Assembly (NCBI GenBank): GCA_963713975.1
Contig: OY970218.1
Span: forward strand, 192,001 to 256,000
Direction: 5' to 3'
Origin: an uncultured Chloroflexia bacterium
Lineage (GTDB): Bacteria; Chloroflexota; Limnocylindria; Limnocylindrales; CSP1-4
Length of the DNA: 64,000 bases
This document shows, piece by piece, positions 10,135 to 19,764 of this stretch. Each line of letters opens with the position of its first letter. Within the stretch, counting starts at the first letter, position 1. The notes under the pieces are model-generated. The model had not been told where the DNA came from. It did no database searches and saw nothing but the letters and a program-made list of their open reading frames with translations. Both the position numbers and the translations under genes were made by a program.

Positions 10135-10401
10135 GCGCGAGCCCGGGAGGCGACCCGGTTCGCCGTCTCACCCGCCGGGTGACCGAACGGTACGGTCCAA
10201 GGCGCTCCTCCTCGCCCGGTGTGGGCAGAACGGCTGAGAGGCTCCCGTCCAGGGGCCCGCCCGGTGACCCGCCACTCCTGGTCCAGAGCGGGGCCCCGCG
10301 GCGGTGCACCGTTCACCCTCGGGGTGAGCGCCGGCGGAGGCGGCGAGGATCGCTGGGGGGGCCTGGGCCACCCGCGTCCCACGAAATCCCTCTGGCTCGC
10401 G
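10135..10401 (+). ncRNA. Candidate ~265-nt structured non-coding RNA
   Basis: -10 TAGGGT at 10123; 5'/3' ends pair (10136-43:10394-401); several nested long-range helices with G-U pairs; no credible ORF. Confidence 0.45.
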
Positions 10402-10402
10402 G

Positions 10403-10443
10403 TTGACAGGTCGCAGCCGCCGTGAGATCGTTGCACACGCAAT
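10403..10443 (+). promoter_or_regulatory. Pirin promoter with palindromic operator
   Basis: TTGACA-17 bp-(TGn)GATCGT, then GTTGC-N4-GCAAT palindrome. Confidence 0.55.
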
Positions 10444-10465
10444 CATCTACCCAGAGGTCACCACC

Positions 10466-11464
10466 ATGCCGGCCGTCACCGTCGACGACATCACCGTCCT
10501 TCCGAGGGTCGCCCTCCCCGACCCGGCCACCGCCAGCCAGCGGCAGGTCCGGACCCTCACCAGCGCTCCGCGCGGCTACGAGGGCGAGGGCTTCCCGGTA
10601 CGCCGCGCGTTCGCAGGGGCCCTGCTCGAAGACCTGGACCCGTTCATCCACCTCGACCAGATGGGCGAGGTGGAATACGCCCCCGGTGAGGCCAAGGGCA
10701 CGCCCTGGCATCCGCATCGAGGCTTCGAGACGGTGACGTACATCCTCGACGGGGTCTTCGAGCATGCCGACAGCAACGGCGGAGGCGGTGTCATCACCAA
10801 CGGCGACACGCAATGGATGACCGCCGGAGCCGGGATCCTGCACATCGAGAAGCCACCGGAGTGGCTCGTTGCCCAGGGCGGCCTGTTCCACGGCTTCCAG
10901 CTCTGGGTGAACCTGCCTCGCGTCCAGAAGCTCGCGGCGCCGCGCTACCAGGACATCCGCGCCGGCGAGGTGGCGCTGCTGTCCTCCCACGATGGGGGGA
11001 CGCTGGTCCGGGTGATCGCCGGCGAGGTCGCGGGTCACGCGGGTCCCGGCTCCACCTACACGCCCATGACCCTCGTCCACCTGACCCTCGCCCCCGGGGC
11101 ATCCGTCCAGCTTCCCTGGCGCTCCGACTACAACGCCCTCGCCTACGTTCTGGCCGGGTCGGGCACGGTCGGCGCGGAGGGACGGCCGGCCGGACTGGGC
11201 CAGCTCGCGGTCTTCGGACCGGGCAACACCCTGACGTTTGCTGCGGACACGGTGCAGGAGAGCCGCTCGCCGAACCTGGACGTCCTCGTCCTCGGCGGCC
11301 GACCCATCCGGGAGCCGGTGGCCTGGGCCGGCCCGTTCGTGATGAACACGCGGGAAGAGGTCAGGCAGGCCTTCGAGGACTACCAGGCCGGACGCCTCGG
11401 CACGATCCCGGCCGTGCACGGCGCGCCGACGACGGTCCAGGAGACGGGCGCCTCAGAGGCCTGA
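10466..11464 (+). CDS. Pirin family protein
   Basis: DPFIHLD, HPHRGFETVTY, QWMTAGAGILHIE, GPFVMNT motifs. Confidence 0.95.
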   Translation: MPAVTVDDITVLPRVALPDPATASQRQVRTLTSAPRGYEGEGFPVRRAFAGALLEDLDPFIHLDQMGEVEYAPGEAKGTPWHPHRGFETVTYILDGVFEHADSNGGGGVITNGDTQWMTAGAGILHIEKPPEWLVAQGGLFHGFQLWVNLPRVQKLAAPRYQDIRAGEVALLSSHDGGTLVRVIAGEVAGHAGPGSTYTPMTLVHLTLAPGASVQLPWRSDYNALAYVLAGSGTVGAEGRPAGLGQLAVFGPGNTLTFAADTVQESRSPNLDVLVLGGRPIREPVAWAGPFVMNTREEVRQAFEDYQAGRLGTIPAVHGAPTTVQETGASEA

Positions 11465-11483
11465 TCCCTCGCCGGGCCGCCCG

Positions 11484-11939
11484 CTACTGGCCGGTGACCG
11501 TCTCGTTGCCGGCCGCGGTCCACTCGTTCATGCCGCCCGCCATGCTGGTGACGCTGGGGAGCCCGGCCGCCAGGAGGATGTCACGCCCCTGCGCGGAGCG
11601 ATTGCCCGACCGGCAGACCACGACGACCTCCTTGTCCGACGGAACCTCGGACGCACGGGCCGACAGCTCGCCGAGCGGGATCAGCGTCGCGCCATCGATG
11701 TGGCCCGCGGCCCACTCATCGGGCTCGCGGACGTCGAGCATGAACGCCCCGGACTCCTGCTTGGCCGCCGCGGTGGCGACGTCGATCTCCGCGGGGAGCG
11801 CGGCCGGCGCGACGGCGTCCTGGCCCGCGGCCGACGCGGCCGGTGCCGTGGTCGCGGTTGATCCGCCACAGGCCGCAAGGGCGAGTGCCAGGACGGCGAG
11901 CAGGATGATGATTCGTGAGCGCAGGGCCGGGATCGACAC
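11484..11939 (-). CDS. Rhodanese-like lipoprotein
   Basis: Lipobox LALAAC; LDVREPDEW, GHIDGA, CRSGNRS; GTG 11939 with GGAG RBS. Confidence 0.85.
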   Translation of the reverse strand: MSIPALRSRIIILLAVLALALAACGGSTATTAPAASAAGQDAVAPAALPAEIDVATAAAKQESGAFMLDVREPDEWAAGHIDGATLIPLGELSARASEVPSDKEVVVVCRSGNRSAQGRDILLAAGLPSVTSMAGGMNEWTAAGNETVTGQ

Positions 11940-11982
11940 GTGGAGACTCCAGGACTGGGACGGCATCGGGTTGGCGCGGGCG

Positions 11983-12018
11983 GAGGTCCGCCCGAGGCGG
12001 GAGGTCCGCCCGAGGCGG
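11983..12018. repeat. 18-bp tandem direct repeat x2
   Basis: gaggtccgcccgaggcgg repeated exactly in the intergenic gap. Confidence 0.8.
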
Positions 12019-12035
12019 TCGCCGGCGGGACGATC

Positions 12036-12632
12036 CTACCCTGTCGGCTCGAGACGCCTCGTGCCGTGGTAGCGGTCCATCAGCAGCTCGACCGCCTCAC
12101 GCGCCTGGCGCCATGCCTCCTGGTCGCCCATGACGCGGGCATCCCGTCCCCAGCGCTGGACCTGGGTCATCGCCGTGACGATGGCGTTGTGGAGCGCCAG
12201 CCGGTTCCGGCCCGCGTCGACGACGCCGGTCACGAGATAGCGGCGGACCATGTCGTAGGGGGCGGTCCACTGGCCGATCCGGATCCGGTCGTGGATTCGG
12301 AGCGTCTCCAGCCAGTCGTCATCGCCGACCGGGAACCGGCCGTGCTCCTCGACGTGCGCGTTGATGTCCAGCCGGCGGCCGGGATGGGTTCGCGACGGAA
12401 GGCGGCCGTCGGCATCGGTCTCGAGGTAGCAGACGGGACACTCCGCCAGCCGGGCGGAATTGGATGGTGCCTCGCCGAACGAGAGACCGCAGCGGCGGCA
12501 GATCCGCGCGGCCGCGCGCGCGGAGACGGCACCGCACTGGAGACAGGTGGACGCGGTCGCGAACGTCGGGGCGGACAAGGACGGAGCTCCAGGTAGGTCC
12601 GCCGGCACGGTGGAGGACCAGGACTGGATCAT
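12036..12632 (-). CDS. Hypothetical zinc-finger protein
   Basis: CLQC, CRRC, CPVC...H...H motifs; ATG 12632 after AGG. Confidence 0.65.
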   Translation of the reverse strand: MIQSWSSTVPADLPGAPSLSAPTFATASTCLQCGAVSARAAARICRRCGLSFGEAPSNSARLAECPVCYLETDADGRLPSRTHPGRRLDINAHVEEHGRFPVGDDDWLETLRIHDRIRIGQWTAPYDMVRRYLVTGVVDAGRNRLALHNAIVTAMTQVQRWGRDARVMGDQEAWRQAREAVELLMDRYHGTRRLEPTG

Positions 12633-12706
12633 CACCTGCCCGCCACCCGATCGGCAGCGGCCTACTGGTCCCGGTGGGCGCACCCGATAGGGGTACCAGG
12701 CAGCGT

Positions 12707-14350
12707 CTAGACCGCCGCGTCGACGATCGCGCGCGCCTCGTCGAGGATCTGGGCCAGGTGCTCCTCTCCGCGGAAGCTCTCCGCGTAGAGCTTGGTCACG
12801 TTCTCCGTTCCGGACGGGCGGGCCGCGAACCAGCCCTCGGCGGTGACCACCTTGAGCCCGCCGATGGGCGCGTCGTTGCCCGGCGCTCGGGTGAGCTTGG
12901 CCGTGATCGGATCGCCGGCAAGCGTCGTGGCCGTGACGGCCTCCGGGGAGAGGCGGCCGAGCGCGGCCTTGACCTCCGGCGTTGCCGGGGCGTCGATGCG
13001 CTTGTAGGCGGGCGCCCCGAAGCGTGTCGTGAGCCCGGCGTACACCTCGGAAGGGTTCTTGCCCGTCTTCGCCGTCAGCTCCGCGGCCAACAGGCACGCG
13101 ATCAGGCCGTCCTTGTCGGTCGTCCAGACAGCGCCATCCATGCGCAGGAACGAGGCACCCGCGCTCTCCTCGCCGCCAAAGCCGACGGTGCCGTCCACCA
13201 GCCCGTCCACGAACCACTTGAAGCCGACCGGGACCTCGAGCAGTCGCCGGCCGAGGTCCGCCGTCACCCGGTCGATGATGGACGAGGAGACAAGTGTCTT
13301 GCCCACCGCCACGTCGCCGCCCCATGACCTGCCGCCACCGAACAGGTAGGAGATCGCCGCGGCGATCACGTGGTTCGGGTTCATCAGGCCGGCGCCGGGG
13401 ACCACGATCCCGTGGCGGTCCGCGTCGGCGTCGTTGCCCAGCGCCAGGTCGAACCGGTCCCGCAACTCCACGAGGCGCGCCATCGCGAACGGCGACGACG
13501 GGTCCATCCGGATCTTCCCGTCCCAGTCCAGGGTCATGAACCCGAAGGCGGGGTCGACCACCTCGTTGGTGACGGTCAGGTCCAGCCCGTACCGCTCCCC
13601 GATCATGCCCCAGTACGCGACCGCGGCCCCGCCCAGCGGGTCCACGCCGAGCCGGAGGCCGGACGCGCGGATCGCCGCGAGGTCCACGACGTGCTCCAGG
13701 TCCGCGACGTAGACGCCCCGGAAGTCGTAGTCCGTCGCCTGCGCGCGCGCCCGCTCGAAGGGAACGCGGCGGATGCCGTCCAGCCCGTCCATTCCGGAGC
13801 CCTCCAGGATCCGGTTCGCCTCATCCTGGATCGCCCGGGTCACGTCCGTATCGGCCGGACCGCCGTTGGGCGGGTTGTACTTGAAGCCCCCGTCGTCGGG
13901 CGGGTTGTGCGACGGCGTGACGACGATGCCATCGGCGAGGCCGGTCCCGCGTCCCCGATTGGCTGCCAGGATCGCGTGAGACACGGCGGGCGTCGGGGTG
14001 AAGCCATCCTCGCTGTCCGCGCGCACGTCCACGCCGTTCGCGACCAGCACCTCGAGCGCGGTGCGCCAGGCGGGCTCGGACAGGGCATGCGTGTCGCGGC
14101 CGACGAACAGCGGCCCGGTGTACCCCTGCGCAGCGCGGTAGCGGCAGATCGCCTCGGTGGTGGCGAGGATGTGCGCCTCGTTGAAGGCCGCACGGAACGC
14201 GGATCCGCGGTGGCCCGACGTCCCGAATGCGACACGCTGGGTGGGATCCGAGGGGTCGGGCCGGATGTCGGCGTACGCGCGCAGGAGGGCGGGCACGTCC
14301 ACGAGCTCGGACCGGAGGGCGGGCTGGCCTGCGCGCGGGTGCTGGCTCAT
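12707..14350 (-). CDS. pgm: Phosphoglucomutase (alpha-D-glucose-1,6-bisphosphate dependent)
   Basis: [32 protein letters not shown] motifs. Confidence 0.95.
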   Translation of the reverse strand: MSQHPRAGQPALRSELVDVPALLRAYADIRPDPSDPTQRVAFGTSGHRGSAFRAAFNEAHILATTEAICRYRAAQGYTGPLFVGRDTHALSEPAWRTALEVLVANGVDVRADSEDGFTPTPAVSHAILAANRGRGTGLADGIVVTPSHNPPDDGGFKYNPPNGGPADTDVTRAIQDEANRILEGSGMDGLDGIRRVPFERARAQATDYDFRGVYVADLEHVVDLAAIRASGLRLGVDPLGGAAVAYWGMIGERYGLDLTVTNEVVDPAFGFMTLDWDGKIRMDPSSPFAMARLVELRDRFDLALGNDADADRHGIVVPGAGLMNPNHVIAAAISYLFGGGRSWGGDVAVGKTLVSSSIIDRVTADLGRRLLEVPVGFKWFVDGLVDGTVGFGGEESAGASFLRMDGAVWTTDKDGLIACLLAAELTAKTGKNPSEVYAGLTTRFGAPAYKRIDAPATPEVKAALGRLSPEAVTATTLAGDPITAKLTRAPGNDAPIGGLKVVTAEGWFAARPSGTENVTKLYAESFRGEEHLAQILDEARAIVDAAV

Positions 14351-14544
14351 CGGAACCTCGGGCTGGGCGGGGCGGGCTGGTCCCCGAACGATACCGCCCC
14401 CAGGGGGTGCGCTCCGTTGCCAGGAACTTGTACGATGCCTGCAACCCGAGCCAGCACCTCGTACGGGGCTCGTCCGAGTCCGTCGCTTGTCGACGGCCGG
14501 ATGCATGAGCCCGCGATGACCTCAGGCCGGGACGGAGGTTCTGC

Positions 14545-15651
<1,107 letters not shown>

Positions 15652-15733
15652 CGCCGGTTCGCCGGCCGCGCCGCACATGGACCGGCTCGTCATCCCGACG
15701 GGCCGGTCGCTCCTTGTCCCCAGAGGCCCCGCC

Positions 15734-16348
15734 GTGACCGATCCCGCAACCAGGCCCGAGCATCAGCCCTTCGGTGACGACCCGCTCGAAGAGCACGTGG
15801 TGGAGAGCCGGATCGTCCACCGGGGTCGCTACATGGAGTTCCGGGTCGACACGATGGAGCGGGCCGACGGTACTCGCGGAACACGCGATGTCGTGGGTCA
15901 CCCGGGGGCGATCGCCGTCCTCGCCGTGGACGACGACGGGCGGCTGCTGCTGGTCCGGCAATGGCGGCTCCCGGCGGGCAGGGCCGTGCTCGAGATCCCG
16001 GCCGGCACGCTGGACGTCCACGACGGCGTCACGGAGGACCCGGACCTCGCCTCGCGCCGGGAGCTGGAGGAGGAGACCGGCCACCGCGCGACGACCTGGC
16101 GCAAGCTGGCGACGTTCTGGACCGCGCCGGGCTTCACGTCCGAGCAGCTGCACCTGTACCTCGCGACCGGGATCGGGGGCGCGGACGAGGACGGGCGACT
16201 CGTGCCGGACGAGGATGAGCGCCTGGAGCTGCGCCACGTGACGGTCGACGAGGCACTCGCGATGGTGGAGAGCGGCGAGATCTGCGACGCCAAGACGATG
16301 CTGGGGATCCTGTGGCTGAGCCGGCTGCGGCTCGCCGGGGAGCTCTGA
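15734..16348 (+). CDS. NUDIX hydrolase (ADP-ribose pyrophosphatase-like)
   Basis: EIPAG...RELEEETG Nudix box, DAKT motif. Confidence 0.9.
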   Translation: MTDPATRPEHQPFGDDPLEEHVVESRIVHRGRYMEFRVDTMERADGTRGTRDVVGHPGAIAVLAVDDDGRLLLVRQWRLPAGRAVLEIPAGTLDVHDGVTEDPDLASRRELEEETGHRATTWRKLATFWTAPGFTSEQLHLYLATGIGGADEDGRLVPDEDERLELRHVTVDEALAMVESGEICDAKTMLGILWLSRLRLAGEL

Positions 16349-16408
16349 GCGGGTTCGCCGTTCGGGCCATTCCGGGCCGACGCCAGGCGTCTGGGCAGGC
16401 GCCCGGCC

Positions 16409-16816
16409 TCAGGGCTCGCGGCGGACGTCTGGGGCGGGAAGCCGGGCCAGGGCCGCCCGGTACAGCTCGGTCGATGGCGAGAGCGCCACGGCGAGGCGGA
16501 GGTGGGTCCGCGCCTCTGGGGTCCTGCCCAGCCGCTTGAGGCTCTGCCCGAGGGCGTAGTGGGCGTAGTGGGACGATGGGTCCACCTCGAGCAGCGCCTC
16601 GAACGTCTCCCGCGCACGCCCGTGCTGGCCGGAGTTGAAGCGCGCCCGGCCCAGCGCCTCCAGGATGGAGCCCTTGCCGGGCTCGAGCCGCGCCGCCCGC
16701 TCGAGCACGACCGCGGCCTGGGCGTCGTGGCGGCTGCGCATGAGGGCGTGTCCGCGTTGCAGCAGCTCGTAGGCAGTTTCGTGCTCCGGGGATGACGCGG
16801 GCTCGCCAGACGGCAT
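16409..16816 (-). CDS. Tetratricopeptide repeat protein
   Basis: TPR-like ALGRARF / YAHYALG repeats; ATG 16816. Confidence 0.8.
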   Translation of the reverse strand: MPSGEPASSPEHETAYELLQRGHALMRSRHDAQAAVVLERAARLEPGKGSILEALGRARFNSGQHGRARETFEALLEVDPSSHYAHYALGQSLKRLGRTPEARTHLRLAVALSPSTELYRAALARLPAPDVRREP

Positions 16817-16952
16817 GCGTTCGTCGGACACGGCTCGATGCTCGCACGGATAGACCGACGTCGCCGCTACGATGGCTGTCAGCAGGTGCACCTGCCGGAC
16901 CGACGCGCCCAGCCCCGGGAGCCCAGCCCCTGGAGCGAGACCCGGAGCCCCA

Positions 16953-18137
16953 TTGACCGTCTTCCGCCTGTCCGTCGCCTTGTTCCTGGTCCAGATAGGG
17001 TTCCACGCGTACACGGCGACCCTGCCGTTGTCACTCGCCCGCGCCGGGGTTCCCGACGCCGCGATCGGCCTGATCATGGGCGTGGCCGCCATCGTCCAGA
17101 TCCCGGCAGCGATCTTCGGCGGACGCTACGTCGATCGCTTCGGCGGCGGACTGCTGCTCACCCTCGGAGGGATCTGCTACCTGCTGGCGTCGGGCGTCAT
17201 GCTCCTGCCGGGCGTGAGCCCGTCCGGCAGCCTCGCCCCGTTCGTGGTGGTGCGGATCCTGCAGGGGGCCGGGATCGCGATGGCCGTCCCGGCGGCGCTG
17301 TCACTGGTGCCGCGCCTGGTCACGGCGGCGAGGCTCAGCAACGGCCTCGCGGTGGTCGGGGCCGCCCAGAACCTGACGCTGGTCGTGGCGCCGGTCGTCT
17401 CCCTGGCGATCCTCGACGCCTCGTCGCTCGACGGCGTGGCGCTTGCAGTGGTGGCCGTGGTGGCCGTCGGGGTCCTCCTCGGGCAGCGCCTTCCGCTGCG
17501 GGCACCGGCGGGCATCCCGACCACCATGGAGGCCGCTACCCGCCGGTTCGGGATCACCTACCGCCGGGCGTGGACGGTGCCGCTGCTGATCGTGATCACG
17601 TTCGTCGCCCACTGGGGCGCCGTGACCGCGTACCTCCCGATCCGCGCGGAGGGTGCCGGGGCGGACATCGGCCTGTACTTCGCGGCCGACGGAATCGCGA
17701 TCTTCCTCATGCGGATCCCCACCGGCTGGATGGTCGATCGCGTGTCATCGAGAACGCTGATCCTGGTCGGGGCCGCCCTCACGCTGGCCGGCGTGGGGAT
17801 GCTGCTGCTGCCGCTGACCACGCCGCTGCTGATCGTCTCGGGGCTGCTTGGCGGCGCGGGCGGGGGCATCGTCCTGACGCCGATCACGGTCGAGCTCTCG
17901 CGGCGGTCGAGCGATGCCGATCGTGGCTCGGCCTTCGCGCTGTTCACGGGCAGCCTCGCCGGCGCAATGACCCTCGGCAGCGTCGGCGGGGCGCCGGTCG
18001 TGGCGCTGCTCGGGCTCTCCGCCGCGCTGGTCATGGGCATGCTGCTGATCGTGGTCTCGATGGTGCTCGCCGCAACGGACGCGTCGCTCGCGCGCCGTGG
18101 CCGCCAGCAGGAGCCGGAGCAGGTCAGCGCGGCATGA
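16953..18137 (+). CDS. MFS transporter
   Basis: ~12 hydrophobic helices, GRYVDRFG motif A, RILQG motif B; start uncertain (TTG 16953 or ATG 16872). Confidence 0.9.
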   Translation: MTVFRLSVALFLVQIGFHAYTATLPLSLARAGVPDAAIGLIMGVAAIVQIPAAIFGGRYVDRFGGGLLLTLGGICYLLASGVMLLPGVSPSGSLAPFVVVRILQGAGIAMAVPAALSLVPRLVTAARLSNGLAVVGAAQNLTLVVAPVVSLAILDASSLDGVALAVVAVVAVGVLLGQRLPLRAPAGIPTTMEAATRRFGITYRRAWTVPLLIVITFVAHWGAVTAYLPIRAEGAGADIGLYFAADGIAIFLMRIPTGWMVDRVSSRTLILVGAALTLAGVGMLLLPLTTPLLIVSGLLGGAGGGIVLTPITVELSRRSSDADRGSAFALFTGSLAGAMTLGSVGGAPVVALLGLSAALVMGMLLIVVSMVLAATDASLARRGRQQEPEQVSAA

Positions 18138-18240
18138 GGCCGGCATGGCGCGCGTGCTGGCCAACCGCCCAGTTGACACCGGCTGTGTCGAGGTCGACGA
18201 TCCGGGAGCCACGCGAACCGATCCCGGGGGAAGGACCGAC

Positions 18241-18675
18241 ATGACGAAGACCCCTGATCCGCTCGACGAGTTCCTTGCAACGCTCCCGAGCCTCCGCCTC
18301 GACGAGTTCATGGTCCTCGCGGCGGCGCACCGCCAGCCCGACCCGGCGCGTGATGTCGCTTGGAAGGCCGCACGGGCTGTGATTGCGCGTGAGGGCCTGG
18401 ATGCCGAGGTCGAGGATCTGCGCTCGACCATCATCGCGTGGGCCATCCAGCCGGTGAGCACGCCGACCCAGTGGGCCGAGATCCCCATGGGGTCCGGACC
18501 GGCGGAGCAGGACAGCCGCAGGGCGGCCGCGCCGTCGCTCCTGGACGCGGCGATCGCGCTCTATCTCGGCGACGCGCTCGACATCTCCGATCGCGACGCG
18601 CTGCTTGGTCCATGGCGACGCCTGTGGGCCGACGAGGCTCCCGCGCAGCGCACCCGCCGCGCCGTCCCGTCGTAA
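18241..18675 (+). CDS. Hypothetical protein
   Basis: ATG with AAGGA RBS, plausible helical composition. Confidence 0.6.
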   Translation: MTKTPDPLDEFLATLPSLRLDEFMVLAAAHRQPDPARDVAWKAARAVIAREGLDAEVEDLRSTIIAWAIQPVSTPTQWAEIPMGSGPAEQDSRRAAAPSLLDAAIALYLGDALDISDRDALLGPWRRLWADEAPAQRTRRAVPS

Positions 18676-18707
18676 CGGCGGCCCGTCGCACCGAGGCCGG
18701 GCCGTGC

Positions 18708-19730
18708 CTAACCCTCGCGCCAGGCCCCGAGATCAATCGGCCGGAGGCGCGGGCTCTCCGTGCGACCCGGGATCCGGCCGCGCTTCGCGATCGGACCGCC
18801 GTCGATCTCCTTGATGTCGCCGGTGAAGTCGATCGGCGTGGCCCCCGAGATGTGGGAGCCGACGGCGAAGGAGTCCACGGGCGCCCCCTGCTCCTTGAAG
18901 TACCGGATTCGATCCGGGGTCAGGCCGCCCGAAACCGTGATCGTCACGTGCGAGAAGCCGGCCTGGTCCAGGCGGGCACGCACCTCCGTCACGAGGGATG
19001 CGGTCACGCGGCCGCGCTCGGAGGGAGTGTCGAGTCGGATGCCGTAGAGCCGGTCGCCCAGCGCGTAGGCGACGCGGAGCGCCTCCTCCGCCTCGTCCTT
19101 GAACGTGTCCACGAGCACGATCCGCGGCACGTCCGGGGGCATGTCACGGTCGAACGCCTCGGCCGCGCGGACGGTGTCACCGAAGATCAGCACCAGCGAG
19201 TGGGGCATCGTGCCGGTCGGGTTGAGGCCGGCCAGCCGCGCACCCGCCGGCGTCGATGCGCCGACGCAGCCACCGACGATCGCGGCGTAGTCCAGGACGT
19301 CCGTGATGTCGGGGTGGACGTGCCGGGCCCCGAAGCTGATCACCGGCTGCGGCGCGGCAGCCTCCACGCACGCGCGGGCCGCTGTCGCCCAGCCCGTGGA
19401 CTGGGACAACATGCCCAGCATCGCCGTCTCGTACAGGGCGAACGCCCGGTAGCGGGCGCGGATGCGGAGGACGACCTCCTTGGGGGTCACCAGGTCGCCG
19501 TCCGAAAGCGCCTCCACCACCGCACCGGGCTCGTCGGCAAGCACGTGGCCGATCAGGTTGGTGGCCTCGCCCATCCCGCACAAGACCGCGTCCTCGCGGC
19601 AGAAGACCTCCATCAGGACGACCGGGTCGAGGCCTTCGCGGTCCAGGATGCTGCTGGCGCGGGCGAAGTAGACGTCGGCCGTCGCACCGGACAGGATCTC
19701 GTGGGACGGGCGGTCGCGCTCCAGGCCCAT
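18708..19730 (-). CDS. pncB: Nicotinate phosphoribosyltransferase
   Basis: TADVYF, SFGARH, GTMPHS, VLVDT, GIRLD, SGGL motifs. Confidence 0.85.
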   Translation of the reverse strand: MGLERDRPSHEILSGATADVYFARASSILDREGLDPVVLMEVFCREDAVLCGMGEATNLIGHVLADEPGAVVEALSDGDLVTPKEVVLRIRARYRAFALYETAMLGMLSQSTGWATAARACVEAAAPQPVISFGARHVHPDITDVLDYAAIVGGCVGASTPAGARLAGLNPTGTMPHSLVLIFGDTVRAAEAFDRDMPPDVPRIVLVDTFKDEAEEALRVAYALGDRLYGIRLDTPSERGRVTASLVTEVRARLDQAGFSHVTITVSGGLTPDRIRYFKEQGAPVDSFAVGSHISGATPIDFTGDIKEIDGGPIAKRGRIPGRTESPRLRPIDLGAWREG

Positions 19731-19764
19731 CAGGCGCGCCGGGGGGCCGGGGCGACATGGATGG

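Noticed and set aside
10135-10401. SRP RNA, RNase P RNA, tmRNA, T-box or glycine riboswitch
   Set aside because: Size and end-pairing resemble large SRP RNA, but helix-8 CAGG...GGAA...AGCAG is absent, as are GAGGAAAGUCC, tRNA-like ends, GGUGGnACC and the glycine aptamer cores
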